64,000 nucleotides of DNA from a virus. Its lineage: Duplodnaviria > Caudoviricetes. Location of the stretch: positions 39,061-103,060 of the IMG/VR virus record IMGVR_UViG_3300035685_000002; one strand, given 5' to 3'. Below the pieces are notes generated by a model. It ran no database searches. It had not been told where the DNA came from and saw only the letters and a program-made list of their open reading frames with translations. This document shows, piece by piece, positions 30,235 through 41,028 of the stretch; position 1 is the first letter of the stretch; the number at the start of each line of letters is the position of its first letter. The position numbers were made by a program, and so were the translations under genes.

Positions 30235-31050
30235 TTAGTCGTCGTCATCCTCTAAATAATCATCGTCATCTTCGGAACCTGACTTCCGACAGGTTATTTC
30301 ATCCGGTTCTGCCGATATTCGCTCCCCGCATTCGAGGCACTCCCAGCCGACAAACGTCTCTTCTGAGAAGTCGTTCCCAACACTGGGGATTAATAAGGGT
30401 GCGACGGTAAAGCTCATTGGGCGATCGCAATGGTATTTGAGTTGATACTCAATTACCTTGTTATTGACTTTAAGGCTGCTCCAGAATCCCTCCGGGAACC
30501 GCTCCTTAATCTTCACCCAATCAGGCTCTTCATTATGAAGCTGGTTGTTTACCGCCCAAGCTCGCAATGAGACCTGGAAGCGATCATCTGCGTCAAAAGT
30601 ATCTTTCCAGATGTGAGAAATACTCCAGTAGAAATCCATCGGATCTTTACCATTGTCTTCAACCCATTGTTTATATTCAGCCTCCGACTCCTTGGCTTCT
30701 TGATAAAGCTTGTTCCATAGCTTGTCCATGTCTTCATCGAGGCTTTCTGATTCAGCAGAAATGTATTCGCGCTCATCTTCAGACCATTCTTTATCGCCAC
30801 ATGGGTGAGATAAATACAACCCATATTCAAGTTGTCCCTTGTAGACTCGCCAAAGAAAGTAAGTCTGATATTGTTTCCAGTACCCTTCGTCCATGTAATA
30901 GACGGTGATACCTTTATCAAACACCTCCAGCTCCTGTTCCCAGAGGCCATTGGTACTAATGGCTTCTAAAGCTTCTTGACGCTCTTCGTCCGGGAAAGAG
31001 TCTAAGACTTCTAGGACGCGATCGCTCACAACCTTTGATTGATTTGACAT
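30235..31050 (-). CDS. Acidic hypothetical protein (accessory cassette)
   Basis: Promoter at 31064-31087; terminator at 30205-30231. Confidence 0.75.
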   Translation of the reverse strand: MSNQSKVVSDRVLEVLDSFPDEERQEALEAISTNGLWEQELEVFDKGITVYYMDEGYWKQYQTYFLWRVYKGQLEYGLYLSHPCGDKEWSEDEREYISAESESLDEDMDKLWNKLYQEAKESEAEYKQWVEDNGKDPMDFYWSISHIWKDTFDADDRFQVSLRAWAVNNQLHNEEPDWVKIKERFPEGFWSSLKVNNKVIEYQLKYHCDRPMSFTVAPLLIPSVGNDFSEETFVGWECLECGERISAEPDEITCRKSGSEDDDDYLEDDDD

Positions 31051-31195
31051 GATACTTGTATTGAGTTTACTACACTATTGTATCACAAAATACAGTGTAA
31101 CTACATTAAAGGTTTATTAGAGAAATCGCAACAACAAGACCCCACCTGGATCAGTGAGGTCTTGTTGTTTATCTGAGTTTTAACTAGCTGGCAGC

Positions 31196-31360
31196 CTACA
31201 GCTCATAAACCGTAGCTATCTCCCTTGCCCTATCGAACCGCCCTTTCTGTATTTCGTCATTTACACACTCTCGTAGGAGCTTTTTTGTCTCCGGTTTCAG
31301 AGAATCAGAGATTTTCCTTACCTGACCCTGGCTTGCCTGAAGATTTTGTTGGCTTGACAT
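31196..31360 (-). CDS. Small hypothetical protein
   Basis: MSSQQ... start is uncertain; terminator at about 31129-31170. Confidence 0.45.
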   Translation of the reverse strand: MSSQQNLQASQGQVRKISDSLKPETKKLLRECVNDEIQKGRFDRAREIATVYEL

Positions 31361-31538
31361 ATGTATGATGAGGTTGTTCATTTCGGTGGACAGGGAGGGG
31401 AATCGCTCTGTTTTGGGAACGTGGGGCGATTTTCCTCCCATGAGCTTTTAACTCATTACATACTATTATACCTTGAAAACATGGATAATGGAAGTATTTT
31501 TGTGATAAAATTATATAGTAAACAAATTGATTACGATC

Positions 31539-32339
31539 ATGTCAGAAATGATTAAGAGTTTTGCGACCATGTTACTTGCTGACGCTTTTTGGAGCGAATG
31601 GGAGGATGATGAATTTGTCATCGACCTCATAACCCAAGAAGAACGGGAAACATTCCGCCGAAGCTATGCCGGATCTGGTTGCGAGGTAGTACAAGGACTG
31701 GAATACGTAATTGAAGATCTAGAAATAGACATCAAGCCATTTCTGCCGATTAGTTTAGTACAGAAAATTGTTGACCATGTCAACAATGCATGGTCTGAAA
31801 AATATTCTGTAGAACAACTACATGAATATTGCCAAAGGGCATCCCATCGGCTGATATTAGGACAGATCGGTCATGGCGTAACTGCTACCGACGATCCGAA
31901 TATTGGCGAGATGTTTGAGGAGTTGGAAATCAAAGTTCCTCATAGTATTTCTGAAGGAGCCTATGAAGAGGGATGGAGTCTTGTTCGAGAAGTTGAACAG
32001 CGCCTAGCTCATAAAGCTGGGCACCAGTGGGTGAAATGTTCAACAAGCAAGTACACCTGCCTAATACTCGTTCAGGATATAGGTAATGGAAAAGCCTGGT
32101 TCTCTGTTAAGGCTACGAGCCTTGACTCGTTCAAGTCTAGCTGGGTAACCAATATGCCGAGCATTGTTGATGTAACAGCAAGCTCTAAATGGAAGCATGA
32201 GGTTGCAGACTGGGAAATGCCCTTTGATGAGGCAATACTCAAAATGCGGACACTCGAAGAGCAGATGAAAGTCGCCGCTTTTAAAGAGCGGATCAATCGA
32301 GATCTAGAAAAAGACCAAGAAGAATTCGATTGGTTATAA
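31539..32339 (+). CDS. Hypothetical protein (accessory cassette)
   Basis: Promoter at 31501-31524; terminator at 32342-32368. Confidence 0.7.
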   Translation: MSEMIKSFATMLLADAFWSEWEDDEFVIDLITQEERETFRRSYAGSGCEVVQGLEYVIEDLEIDIKPFLPISLVQKIVDHVNNAWSEKYSVEQLHEYCQRASHRLILGQIGHGVTATDDPNIGEMFEELEIKVPHSISEGAYEEGWSLVREVEQRLAHKAGHQWVKCSTSKYTCLILVQDIGNGKAWFSVKATSLDSFKSSWVTNMPSIVDVTASSKWKHEVADWEMPFDEAILKMRTLEEQMKVAAFKERINRDLEKDQEEFDWL

Positions 32340-32654
32340 ATAAAACGCCCGGAAATCCGGGCGTTTTTAATGACTGTTTAGTAATTTGCAGAAAGTTGCT
32401 TGCAAAAAGCCCCCTGGTTATTAGGGGGCTTTGCTTTAGATTGGTCGCATTTCGATATTTTGTTCACAAGCGAATTCCATTTGTGCCATCGATAGTTCTA
32501 CGACGGGTCGCAAATCTACGGAGGAAGCGATCGCATCTTCCATGACCTCCTGAGGGATAGACCGACGAGCTTCTTCTCGATAAAAAGCACCTGGAATATC
32601 CAAGTGCTTTGGCTTTGTGGTTGAGGGGCGATCGCGCTCCACAAGAAACAATCT

Positions 32655-32903
32655 TCAGGAATTGATGACTGTATCCGGCAAGACTCCGTGAGCCGCAAAG
32701 TGAGTAAGTAATGGTAGCAACTTAATCACTTGTTCTTGAGAAAGATGCATTCGCCTCGTTTTAATACCTTCAAAATCTTTGTCAATTCCTAGCCAGATAG
32801 CTGCTTCTGTTGCTAGAGAACTTTCCTGAAAGGAACACTGCGAGCCATTTAGATCCGTGAACTCGACAAACAGCCAGCCACGTTCTGTTTCCTGTAAATT
32901 CAT
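32655..32903 (-). CDS. Small hypothetical phage protein (accessory cassette)
   Basis: QESSLATE..IWLG..RMHL; promoter at 32920-32944. Confidence 0.7.
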   Translation of the reverse strand: MNLQETERGWLFVEFTDLNGSQCSFQESSLATEAAIWLGIDKDFEGIKTRRMHLSQEQVIKLLPLLTHFAAHGVLPDTVINS

Positions 32904-32985
32904 TGGTTGTACTCAATTGTGTTTACATATATTACTTTATCACATACTGAGATAGAAAAGAGCGATCGCGCCTAATAAACCTTTA

Positions 32986-33966
32986 TTAGAAAGCAAGCTC
33001 AGACTCATCAAACGCACACCGATCCTCAATCCGGTTAGCCACCCGTTCCAGCTGGCGACGAGCATAGTCCAGATCGGGAATGCAACGAGGGTCATCATCT
33101 GGAGGAACTAATTGGTAAATACCCTGAGCATCTGGCTCCAAGTTCAACGACTGGTTGGTTAGCCAGATGTAGAACCCGTGTTCGTCTCGGTGAACAGTCC
33201 AATCTAGTTCGGAGGTCATGACTAGGCGGTTACCCTTCACCATCACTGGTAAATCAATCACCTCTTGCTTAACATCCTTAGTACCGCACGTCTCGTCGCT
33301 CCGGCGATAAGTCTTGATGCCCTTGAAGACTACGTTATAGAACAGGGTCGAGATTGTACCACCGTGATCTGGCATCTCGCCAAACTTGGGCTTCAGTTCT
33401 CCGTCCTTCCATTCCTTGGGATAAAGTTCGAGCAGGGCTGACTCCAGGTGTTCATATAGGAGGAGAGCCTTGACAAAATTGAAGTTGCAGACTCTGGCGG
33501 GCTTACCCCGGACACCTTTCGTGAACTCCGCTTCAATCGTGAATAGTCCGAACTGGTTCGAGAGGATCTTCTGCATCTCGTACACTTCTGTTCGGCTGGA
33601 GTTGGCTCCCTTCCAGTACTTCTTAAGCTGCTTGATTACGCAGACGTGAGCCAGGGTGAAACGCTTGATTGAGTGTATGATACGATTTCCCGCTTGGGTG
33701 ACCAACTGGTGGAATCCTTTGTAGTATTTGCCGCCGATCTTCATGGCAGGCTTGATGTCGGAGAATATCTTTAACTCCTTGGCGGCTCTGTACATATAAG
33801 CGTTGAGAGTACCGAGCGCTGTAAGGATCTTTCCCTTAGTCCAAGACTTGCTGCCGTTCCAGGTATTGCCGTAAGTAATAGTTGCAAATTCTATGTTTAG
33901 CGCGTCTATGTCTTGACGGCTGGGTAACTTATTTCCGAATCCCTTGATAGCAGAGGGTTTTAGCAT
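32986..33966 (-). CDS. Basic hypothetical protein, possibly DNA-binding
   Basis: Long Lys-rich ORF; start uncertain; stop lies inside the 16-bp palindrome. Confidence 0.55.
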   Translation of the reverse strand: MLKPSAIKGFGNKLPSRQDIDALNIEFATITYGNTWNGSKSWTKGKILTALGTLNAYMYRAAKELKIFSDIKPAMKIGGKYYKGFHQLVTQAGNRIIHSIKRFTLAHVCVIKQLKKYWKGANSSRTEVYEMQKILSNQFGLFTIEAEFTKGVRGKPARVCNFNFVKALLLYEHLESALLELYPKEWKDGELKPKFGEMPDHGGTISTLFYNVVFKGIKTYRRSDETCGTKDVKQEVIDLPVMVKGNRLVMTSELDWTVHRDEHGFYIWLTNQSLNLEPDAQGIYQLVPPDDDPRCIPDLDYARRQLERVANRIEDRCAFDESELAF

Positions 33967-34428
33967 TATAATTAAGTCAGAAATGAAATGTATGTTTAGA
34001 TTTTGCCGTTGAGTTTCCAGCTCAGCGGCTATTTTTATTTTGCCATACCTAAAGGATTCTGCGTTGGCGATTCGCAAAATGCAAGAAATCTGGGAAAACA
34101 AAAATCGCTCAAAGCCTTGCTGGTCAATTGCGCGAACGTAGAAGTTATGGAGTTCTCAACCTCAATGTAGGGAGCTTAGTGCTGCGCTATCTAAAATTTC
34201 GACAAAGAGGAAGAAGATGTTGATGCTGAAATTCATGAGAAATAAGAATAGAGAATCCGGATTGGATTTGATCGAGATTGAGGAAATGCACTGGTTCTAC
34301 TCAGAATGCTTCTACGTTCACAAGGCGTTTCGATATAAAATAAGTTGATTAGTTCTAGCAATTTGCGAAAGGTCGTTTGCAAACAAAAAACACCCAGTAC
34401 TTCCGGGTGTTTTTTATGAGAGCTATTT

Positions 34429-34953
34429 TTACAGACTGAGGATGTCTTCAGGATAAGCATCTTCGATATTAATCTCAGGCTTATCTAGACCTAGTGGTAG
34501 GCGATTAAAAAAGCTGTAATATTCTTCCTCTGTGCATACTCCCCAGCCTCCTACGGTTTCCTCTGTTGGGAAATGGTAAGTTGCGTAACAAAACAGCTGC
34601 TCTCCTTGTCGTAAATCTTGAACTCTTGCTGCTCCTTGGCTTTCACCGAAGTTTTTATACAAGACCCAGCTCTCCTCGATTTCGGGAGAATAATCCCACT
34701 CCCCACTAACAAGCAAGTTGAAATTTAGCTTTGTGAAGGGTGAATTGATTTCAAGAGGCTCAGTTCTGAAACAAGCCCTCTTTGCTATCTCTAGATAGGC
34801 ATAGGGAGCTGTAACCTTGTAGACCATCTCCTCTTCCTCGCTTAGACGGCACACAATGATGTCACCTGACTGAGGGGTATCGGAGAAGATAGTTTGTTTG
34901 CCTCGTTCTAGAACATAAAATGGCGTTTTCTGTGTTTTGACAAAGTAAAACAT
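34429..34953 (-). CDS. Hypothetical protein (accessory cassette)
   Basis: Promoter at 34973-34996. Confidence 0.7.
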   Translation of the reverse strand: MFYFVKTQKTPFYVLERGKQTIFSDTPQSGDIIVCRLSEEEEMVYKVTAPYAYLEIAKRACFRTEPLEINSPFTKLNFNLLVSGEWDYSPEIEESWVLYKNFGESQGAARVQDLRQGEQLFCYATYHFPTEETVGGWGVCTEEEYYSFFNRLPLGLDKPEINIEDAYPEDILSL

Positions 34954-35096
34954 TATGCCACCTTGTATATTGTGTTTACTGTATTATTTTAGCACAATAT
35001 ATGTTGATAAGTTGTAGTAATTTGCAAAAAAGTCGTTTGTAAACGAAAAGCCCCCAACCATCGGGGACTTGATGGAGTGAAGAGCGATCGCACTAC

Positions 35097-35312
35097 TTAC
35101 GAATTTATTCGCGGTCTTTGGAAGATTAAAAGAAGATGACCTGCTCCTATAAAGTCTTGAGGGTCGTCGCCTTCACCAACTTCAATTGCCCACGGCAAGA
35201 ACTGAGTGGAATGCAATATCCAGCCTTTGGAGGCATAGCTGTTGATGTAATCCTGAATAAAGCTGGGATTAGTTTCATCTTCATGCGCTAGGCGAGTAAC
35301 AAGATACTCCAT
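35097..35312 (-). CDS. DUF4177-like small protein (accessory cassette)
   Basis: MEY...IN.YASKGW.L...LLIFQR pattern; promoter at 35328-35351. Confidence 0.6.
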   Translation of the reverse strand: MEYLVTRLAHEDETNPSFIQDYINSYASKGWILHSTQFLPWAIEVGEGDDPQDFIGAGHLLLIFQRPRINS

Positions 35313-35440
35313 ATATTGCCTTATTAATGTTTACTGTATTATTTTATTATGTTTTGAGTTAATAGACTTTAGTAATTTGCAAACAAAAAGCCCCCAGATT
35401 ATCTGAGGGCTTGATGAGATGAGTGGCGATCGCACTATCT

Positions 35441-35671
35441 TTAGCATTTCTGAGAGGTTGTCGGCAGCCTCACTTTCTTTAGCCAGGTTGGACCAAACTG
35501 GTTCCGCACCTGTTGTAGTAGACAGCTTTTGCCTGGATGATTCCATCGATAGGACGCCACCATCCATTCGTCTAATAACTGAGACTTCCACTTGCGTCCC
35601 TTTTCCTGGGCATATAGCGCGATCGCCTCTTGCTGTTCAGGATTGAGTTTCTTGAATTGAGTATTCATCAA
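35441..35671 (-). CDS. Small hypothetical phage protein (accessory cassette)
   Basis: GRKWKSQL..W...LQQVRNQFGP.WL; promoter at 35683-35706. Confidence 0.7.
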   Translation of the reverse strand: MMNTQFKKLNPEQQEAIALYAQEKGRKWKSQLLDEWMVASYRWNHPGKSCLLQQVRNQFGPTWLKKVRLPTTSQKC

Positions 35672-35873
35672 TTTGGTTATATTGTTTACTATACTATTTT
35701 AGCATAAAACGTATTAATAGGTTTTAGTAATTTGCAAACGACCTTCTGCAAATAGGCGTGATCGCCCCTCCCAAAAATCCCCCTTAACCCCCAATTGGTA
35801 AAATTTCATCACATTGAACTGTGTCCTTTGTAGGGTCGGATCGTCCTGACCCTTTCTTTAATAAACCTTTATT

Positions 35874-38114
35874 ATGGTTAATTCCTCAAATCCCCTTGCC
35901 CTCCAACCACACGACCTCGGCATCAAGTTCATGCCCCCAGCGAGTCAAACAGACCCACGGGTGCCAATGGCTGAGGAGTTCCAACTAGAAAGTGAAATAT
36001 TCATCGAGCTTTGGCGCTCATCCCGCAGACAGGGATGGATACTCCCTCCCAAGTTCAATACAGATGGCAGGAAGCTGCTGATTCAGGACGGAAGTGCCCA
36101 GCTCAAGATCTATAAGGAAGAGCTGAAGCTAAATGCTCAGGTCACGATTCCAGCGCTAGAGAATACGAGTTCGGTAATCAAGACGGATAACTATCTCTCT
36201 CTAGTTGCCTTCTGCGCTGAAGTGGGGCAAGCCCAGGATGCAGCGCTGGGGAAGGTGAGTTTCAGATACCGCCATCCGCTGAACCAGGGAATTGAAACGA
36301 TCCAGAAGGAGAACTCTAGGCGGTATAGATCGTTCTGGATGCTCGTCTTGAGTCCCTCCCTCCCAACTGCCGACACACTACTTGCGGGAATGACGACTGA
36401 GGCGAATGGAGATAGGAGACTTGCGATCGCCAACACAACCGATTCTGGATTCTCCCTTACCCCAGGCGTTCAGATTTACGCAATGGATTCGCGTCTCACG
36501 GCAGGTGTGCCATATGTGGTTGCAGTGGGGTCAATTGAGTTCCTACCTATTTGCCAGATTCGCCGATACCAGAACTACCAGGAGGATGGCTACACCTACG
36601 GGTACGGTGGGGAAGACCCTTTGGAAGTCGGGGTGAACATTGTTTCCCTAGCGCAACCTTTGAATCCCGGCGACATCATGAGTCGGGTAGAAGGTCGCAT
36701 TGAAGATGTCTGTGCGGGCATTCCCGGTTCTGGCAGTTCGTACAAGCGCACAATCCTCAACCTCGTGGCCGGTCAGGTTGCGGGGAATCCTGGTAAAGCG
36801 GGACAGTCGGCTAGTGCGCCTAATGGCTCTGTTTGCCTAGCGAATGATCAGCGCGTGACGTTTAGTAATCAGGCGATCGCACAGCCCTATGCAGTCACAG
36901 TTGTCACAGCCAGTAACGGTGGAGTTGGAACGGGTGGGAGATCTAGGGCACTTTTGGGAGTCGGACTGAATACCAATGCGCCGATGGGGTCGGTCTTTAG
37001 TGATGTCCGGGAAGATCATAAGATTTATACCGCTAATGGGCAGGAGCAATCCTCACAGGGTACATTCTCCAATCTGGGTGGCAGCGGCTCTCTTCAGTGG
37101 CTGGCTAGTGAGAACTCGACTATCTTGCCGGGTACGGTCGCATACTTCGTGCCATCTGTCCGCTATCCTGCCGGTTCTGGCCTGAACCTACCTTTTGCGA
37201 AATGCGAGAAGGCTTGGCGCGATGGGGCTGCGATCGCCCCTGAAAATATCCGTCAGGGATTTGAGGGGGATCTTGACGACTACCAAGACCCGGTCAATAA
37301 CGAGTCCTTCATTGTCATTGTGGGCAGTGAGCGGGCGGCTATTCACTATATCTATAAGAAGATTATTATCACTACGGATGGGGATGGGACGGCTGTCATC
37401 CCACCCCAGGAGCGCGGATGCTTTGCCTTCATCCAGGGTTACCCCGGACGAGTCAATGCGCCGGTTCAGCGGGGACTTAAGAGGAATACTGCGTACCAGG
37501 CGCTGATTTACTATCCACCAAGATCAACCGAGGCGTGGCAGTTCCAATTCGTCTACTGCGAGTATCAAGGAACTGGATTGAAGGAGCCGGATTGGTTAGA
37601 TGGGGCAGAGATAGTTTCTCCTGCTCAGTTTTTTGCCCATACTCAGGGTGGTGGTTTATCGGTGCATCGGACAGGTGCTCAGACTCGTTATAGTGCGATC
37701 GCCTTCCACCTCCCCTCCGTTACCAATTCCCTAGTGCCCAGTTACCAGTTCGATGCTCCCATCCAGCTAGCGGGGGAACCTTACTTAGGGCCGGACACGA
37801 ATCGCAAGCTTCCTTTACTTCCTGGATTTGGACTAGCGCTGCCCACACCGGGACAGGTGATTCGGGTGGAGAAGAATGCGGGGGTTCAGGCGCGATCGCT
37901 CAACGCCTCACTATTAATCAACAAGCAACTGGTGGGATTCCGCACACCAGTACTGCAAAGCAAATCCCCCTTCCAAGCAGCTGTTTACTTTGCTGTTAAG
38001 AAGGGGGATGAGTTGAGGTTGATTGTTCTTACTTATAACTCGCCGGGGACGGAGAGCGTTAGCGTGGTGGCGGATTCTAGGTCTGGGTGTGCGATCGATC
38101 TATTCCGTCTTTAA
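35874..38114 (+). CDS. Putative virion structural protein (baseplate/tail fibre-associated)
   Basis: 746 aa, beta/Gly/Pro-rich; has a leader terminator like other virion genes; both ends lie in 16-bp palindromes. Confidence 0.5.
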   Translation: MVNSSNPLALQPHDLGIKFMPPASQTDPRVPMAEEFQLESEIFIELWRSSRRQGWILPPKFNTDGRKLLIQDGSAQLKIYKEELKLNAQVTIPALENTSSVIKTDNYLSLVAFCAEVGQAQDAALGKVSFRYRHPLNQGIETIQKENSRRYRSFWMLVLSPSLPTADTLLAGMTTEANGDRRLAIANTTDSGFSLTPGVQIYAMDSRLTAGVPYVVAVGSIEFLPICQIRRYQNYQEDGYTYGYGGEDPLEVGVNIVSLAQPLNPGDIMSRVEGRIEDVCAGIPGSGSSYKRTILNLVAGQVAGNPGKAGQSASAPNGSVCLANDQRVTFSNQAIAQPYAVTVVTASNGGVGTGGRSRALLGVGLNTNAPMGSVFSDVREDHKIYTANGQEQSSQGTFSNLGGSGSLQWLASENSTILPGTVAYFVPSVRYPAGSGLNLPFAKCEKAWRDGAAIAPENIRQGFEGDLDDYQDPVNNESFIVIVGSERAAIHYIYKKIIITTDGDGTAVIPPQERGCFAFIQGYPGRVNAPVQRGLKRNTAYQALIYYPPRSTEAWQFQFVYCEYQGTGLKEPDWLDGAEIVSPAQFFAHTQGGGLSVHRTGAQTRYSAIAFHLPSVTNSLVPSYQFDAPIQLAGEPYLGPDTNRKLPLLPGFGLALPTPGQVIRVEKNAGVQARSLNASLLINKQLVGFRTPVLQSKSPFQAAVYFAVKKGDELRLIVLTYNSPGTESVSVVADSRSGCAIDLFRL

Positions 38115-38161
38115 TAAAGGTTTATTAAAAAAGCCGCCCCAGTCATGAGACGGCTTTGCTG

Positions 38162-38641
38162 TTAGTAAAATTTTTCTCTCAGGGCGCTGAACATTTCATG
38201 TTGAACCCACATCTTTAGTTGGTTCAGTTCTTCTGGCTCTAGTTGAAATTCAGAGCCGCAACCCTTGTTTAAGGCTTGGACTCCCTGTAGAGAGGCTTGC
38301 TCGCAGATTGCTTCGATTCTGGGAAGTTTTTCTTGCCAGATGCGATTACGCTCTTCCTTGCTTTTATTCTTTTCTTGTTGCTGGCGATCGCGTTCTTCAA
38401 TCTCTTCCTGTATTCCAGGAATCAATTCTACTGGGACGAGTCTATGAAAAATGTGCTTTTCTAGGTATCCCAGTTCATACCCTCTCCGATTAAATACGAG
38501 TCCATTTTCTAAAGTTATCTGTCCTCTTTTAGGAGATATTCCTTTTATCCAAGAACAAAAAGCCTTTCTGTCTGGATAGTTTAAGCCTGCTCCCGCAACT
38601 ACGCCAATCTCGTCTCCGACCAGTAATTTGTTGGTTTCCAC
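38162..38641 (-). CDS. Hypothetical protein (accessory cassette)
   Basis: Promoter at 38655-38678. Confidence 0.65.
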   Translation of the reverse strand: METNKLLVGDEIGVVAGAGLNYPDRKAFCSWIKGISPKRGQITLENGLVFNRRGYELGYLEKHIFHRLVPVELIPGIQEEIEERDRQQQEKNKSKEERNRIWQEKLPRIEAICEQASLQGVQALNKGCGSEFQLEPEELNQLKMWVQHEMFSALREKFY

Positions 38642-38718
38642 TTTGTTTGAAGTATGTTTACATAGTTATTATACCGTATTTGTGATAAAATAATATATGT
38701 AAACTACAAAACACATCT

Positions 38719-39114
38719 ATGACTACCTACAGATGGTCAAGTGCCCAAGAATGGTTAGAAGAGAAGCTGGAGAAGCTCGCTGAAGCTGGAGACATAAAGG
38801 AGTTAGCTGGAATAGCTAATGCCCTGATGTATAAGGTAGAAGGTGATGATATTCAGGATATCTTCCAGTCCGAAATGGAAGAAGATGGATACTTTAAGCC
38901 GGATGATGAGGAAGCGGAGCAAGAGTTCCGCGATCGCATCGAAAATTGGCTAGAAGAGCAGTCAGATTATAAATTTTTCCCTAGCGAGGATCAGGAAAAT
39001 CCTGATTACGACAAGCTTGATGAATACCTCTGTTACGAACGCGGAGACAGTTTTAAAAATCTTTATGAATCTCATGATGGCGATGCTGACGAGGCGATTC
39101 GCTGGCTCTCTTGA
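38719..39114 (+). CDS. Acidic hypothetical protein (accessory cassette)
   Basis: Promoter at 38681-38705. Confidence 0.75.
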   Translation: MTTYRWSSAQEWLEEKLEKLAEAGDIKELAGIANALMYKVEGDDIQDIFQSEMEEDGYFKPDDEEAEQEFRDRIENWLEEQSDYKFFPSEDQENPDYDKLDEYLCYERGDSFKNLYESHDGDADEAIRWLS

Positions 39115-39207
39115 GTTAATAGCCTGCCCAATTGGGTGGGCTTCTTTAATGAGAATTTAATACTACAATGTGATACAATATTATATGTAAACTTAAGACG
39201 GTTACAA

Positions 39208-39456
39208 ATGGCAAAGAAAAAGAAGAAGCCAAATCTCAACAGGAAGGGTTCTATCTTCACTTCCGGACAGGAAGTGCGATCGCATGAACCTAATAATTCC
39301 TACCATACCTGTTTAGGGATTCGACCAGCGGGTCCAGCAAGTCGTCCAATTTATCGATGCTTGGAAAGACTTCAGCCTCAACTAGGAATACTGGAACCTC
39401 GATGTCCGGATTGTTATCGAAGACAGATTGAGTACAACAAGTCTCATGGTCTTTAA
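39208..39456 (+). CDS. Small basic Cys-containing protein (accessory cassette)
   Basis: Promoter at 39169-39193; terminator at 39457-39489. Confidence 0.55.
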   Translation: MAKKKKKPNLNRKGSIFTSGQEVRSHEPNNSYHTCLGIRPAGPASRPIYRCLERLQPQLGILEPRCPDCYRRQIEYNKSHGL

Positions 39457-39549
39457 CAAAAAAGCCTGCCCAACTGGGTGGGCTTTTTGTTAAACCTTTA
39501 ATATTAATATGTGATATAATAGTATACGTAAACACAAATTACAAAATAA

Positions 39550-39918
39550 ATGAAATACGTTCAAGCATTAAAGCAAAACTACTCTGACGTAGTCGTTCCT
39601 GATAACGATATCTGGAACGTGCCAGATGAAGACCAACCGTTTGAGATCGAACATGGGAGATTTCCTTTTGCCAGCATCATTAAGCTTAGGGGTCTGGCTA
39701 TGACTCCAGGTGGAAAGATATTCGGTATGCGATCGCTCACCGATATGAGAGAAGACGGATATGTAATGAGAGGTCGTGTTTCAATTGAAGGCAAGAAATA
39801 TCCAGCTTTTACTACTGATCGGATATTTTGTAACTCCAGCGGTAAATTAATCAACGTTGCAATACTATATGTTTGCAATATTGATCCTACTAATGCTGAA
39901 CCACCGCGACTAGATTGA
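39550..39918 (+). CDS. Hypothetical protein (accessory cassette)
   Basis: Promoter at 39510-39534. Confidence 0.7.
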   Translation: MKYVQALKQNYSDVVVPDNDIWNVPDEDQPFEIEHGRFPFASIIKLRGLAMTPGGKIFGMRSLTDMREDGYVMRGRVSIEGKKYPAFTTDRIFCNSSGKLINVAILYVCNIDPTNAEPPRLD

Positions 39919-40012
39919 ACTGGAAACCTGCTCACCTGGGCGGGTTTTTTAATAAACCTTTAATAGCAAATATGTGATAAAATATTATATGTAAACACAA
40001 TTCGCGTAAGTC

Positions 40013-40408
40013 ATGAAAAAGCTAACCAAAGAGCAGTTCGATCAAAAATGGCAGCATATCAACTCCATAAATGAAGCTGCCAAGCTTGTCGAAGAAGCGA
40101 TAGATGCTTACAAGGCTCAAGCCCAAATGTATTGGGATGAAGTTGAAGAGGCGGTTGCTAAATATAATGAGGCGATCTCTCAAGCCTCAGAATTCAAAGA
40201 TGAAGTCTGTTCAGAAGCTCAAGAATACTACGATGAGCGATCTGAAAAATGGCAAGAATCCGAGAAAGGGAAATCATACCAAGAGTGGATCGACGAGTGG
40301 GAGTCCTGTTTGGATGAAATAGAGGTAGAGCAACCTGAGGAACTAGAAGTTCCGGATATGGAAGCTCCGGATATTCTGGAGAATCTACCTGACGAACCAA
40401 ATAGTTGA
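40013..40408 (+). CDS. Highly acidic coiled-coil protein (accessory cassette)
   Basis: ERSEKWQESEKG..Y..W motif; promoter at 39973-39997. Confidence 0.75.
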   Translation: MKKLTKEQFDQKWQHINSINEAAKLVEEAIDAYKAQAQMYWDEVEEAVAKYNEAISQASEFKDEVCSEAQEYYDERSEKWQESEKGKSYQEWIDEWESCLDEIEVEQPEELEVPDMEAPDILENLPDEPNS

Positions 40409-40578
40409 ATCAAAAGCCCCCTAGGGCTTTTTTTTAATAAACCTTTATTAGATTGCAATCCTCCTGGCACATTTTAGCTAAATGCTAAAATGACCAGAAA
40501 ATCAGTAATATTCACCCCGCGAAGCCGCCGTGTCCAAAAGATACGGCGGCTTCGCTTTTTGCATTTAGAGAAAGATCT

Positions 40579-41004
40579 ATGGCTTTAATTGAAGCTGCTC
40601 TACGTACACCGAAGGAACCATTGCAGATTCCCTATCCGCGTAATTTCAACGGGGAGAAGAGCGGGAGGGAGACTGACGCAGAATTCCATATCTCTTGTGA
40701 GCCTCGCTACCTAACCCGTGAAGAGCTTGAGATTGCCGAGCAGTTCTGCCAGAAGCTGCCCTACTCGCAGGCTGTTGTGAAGACGGGCGCAGTGATGATC
40801 GGGGACGATGTCCTGCTGGACAAAGACCATGACTATCTGGACGAGATCGAGAAAGCCCAAAGTCTCCCTTCTACTCGCTACCTAGATGGCACATCCGAGC
40901 GCTCCGTTCCTGAGCGGGTGCTGATTATCCGTGAGTGGGGCTATTTCGGGAATGGTTCCAAGGTTTTGGATTCTAAGTCTGCCGAGAAGGCTGAGAAGAA
41001 GTAG
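40579..41004 (+). CDS. Hypothetical protein, first gene of the sheath-tube operon
   Basis: 141-aa ORF directly upstream of the sheath gene. Confidence 0.65.
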   Translation: MALIEAALRTPKEPLQIPYPRNFNGEKSGRETDAEFHISCEPRYLTREELEIAEQFCQKLPYSQAVVKTGAVMIGDDVLLDKDHDYLDEIEKAQSLPSTRYLDGTSERSVPERVLIIREWGYFGNGSKVLDSKSAEKAEKK

Positions 41005-41028
41005 TTAACTATTTAGGAGAAATTTGTA

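Noticed and set aside
32436-32903. Stop-codon readthrough or recoding joining 32655-32903 to in-frame 32436-32651
   Set aside because: It is a single case. All long genes are intact under the standard code.
33970-34350. Replication origin upstream of ORF 32986
   Set aside because: No iterons or DnaA-box cluster are visible, and the protein is not recognisably a Rep.
39290-39535. Minus-strand 81-aa ORF
   Set aside because: It spans a promoter and a terminator. The plus-strand ORF 39208-39456 fits the cassette pattern.
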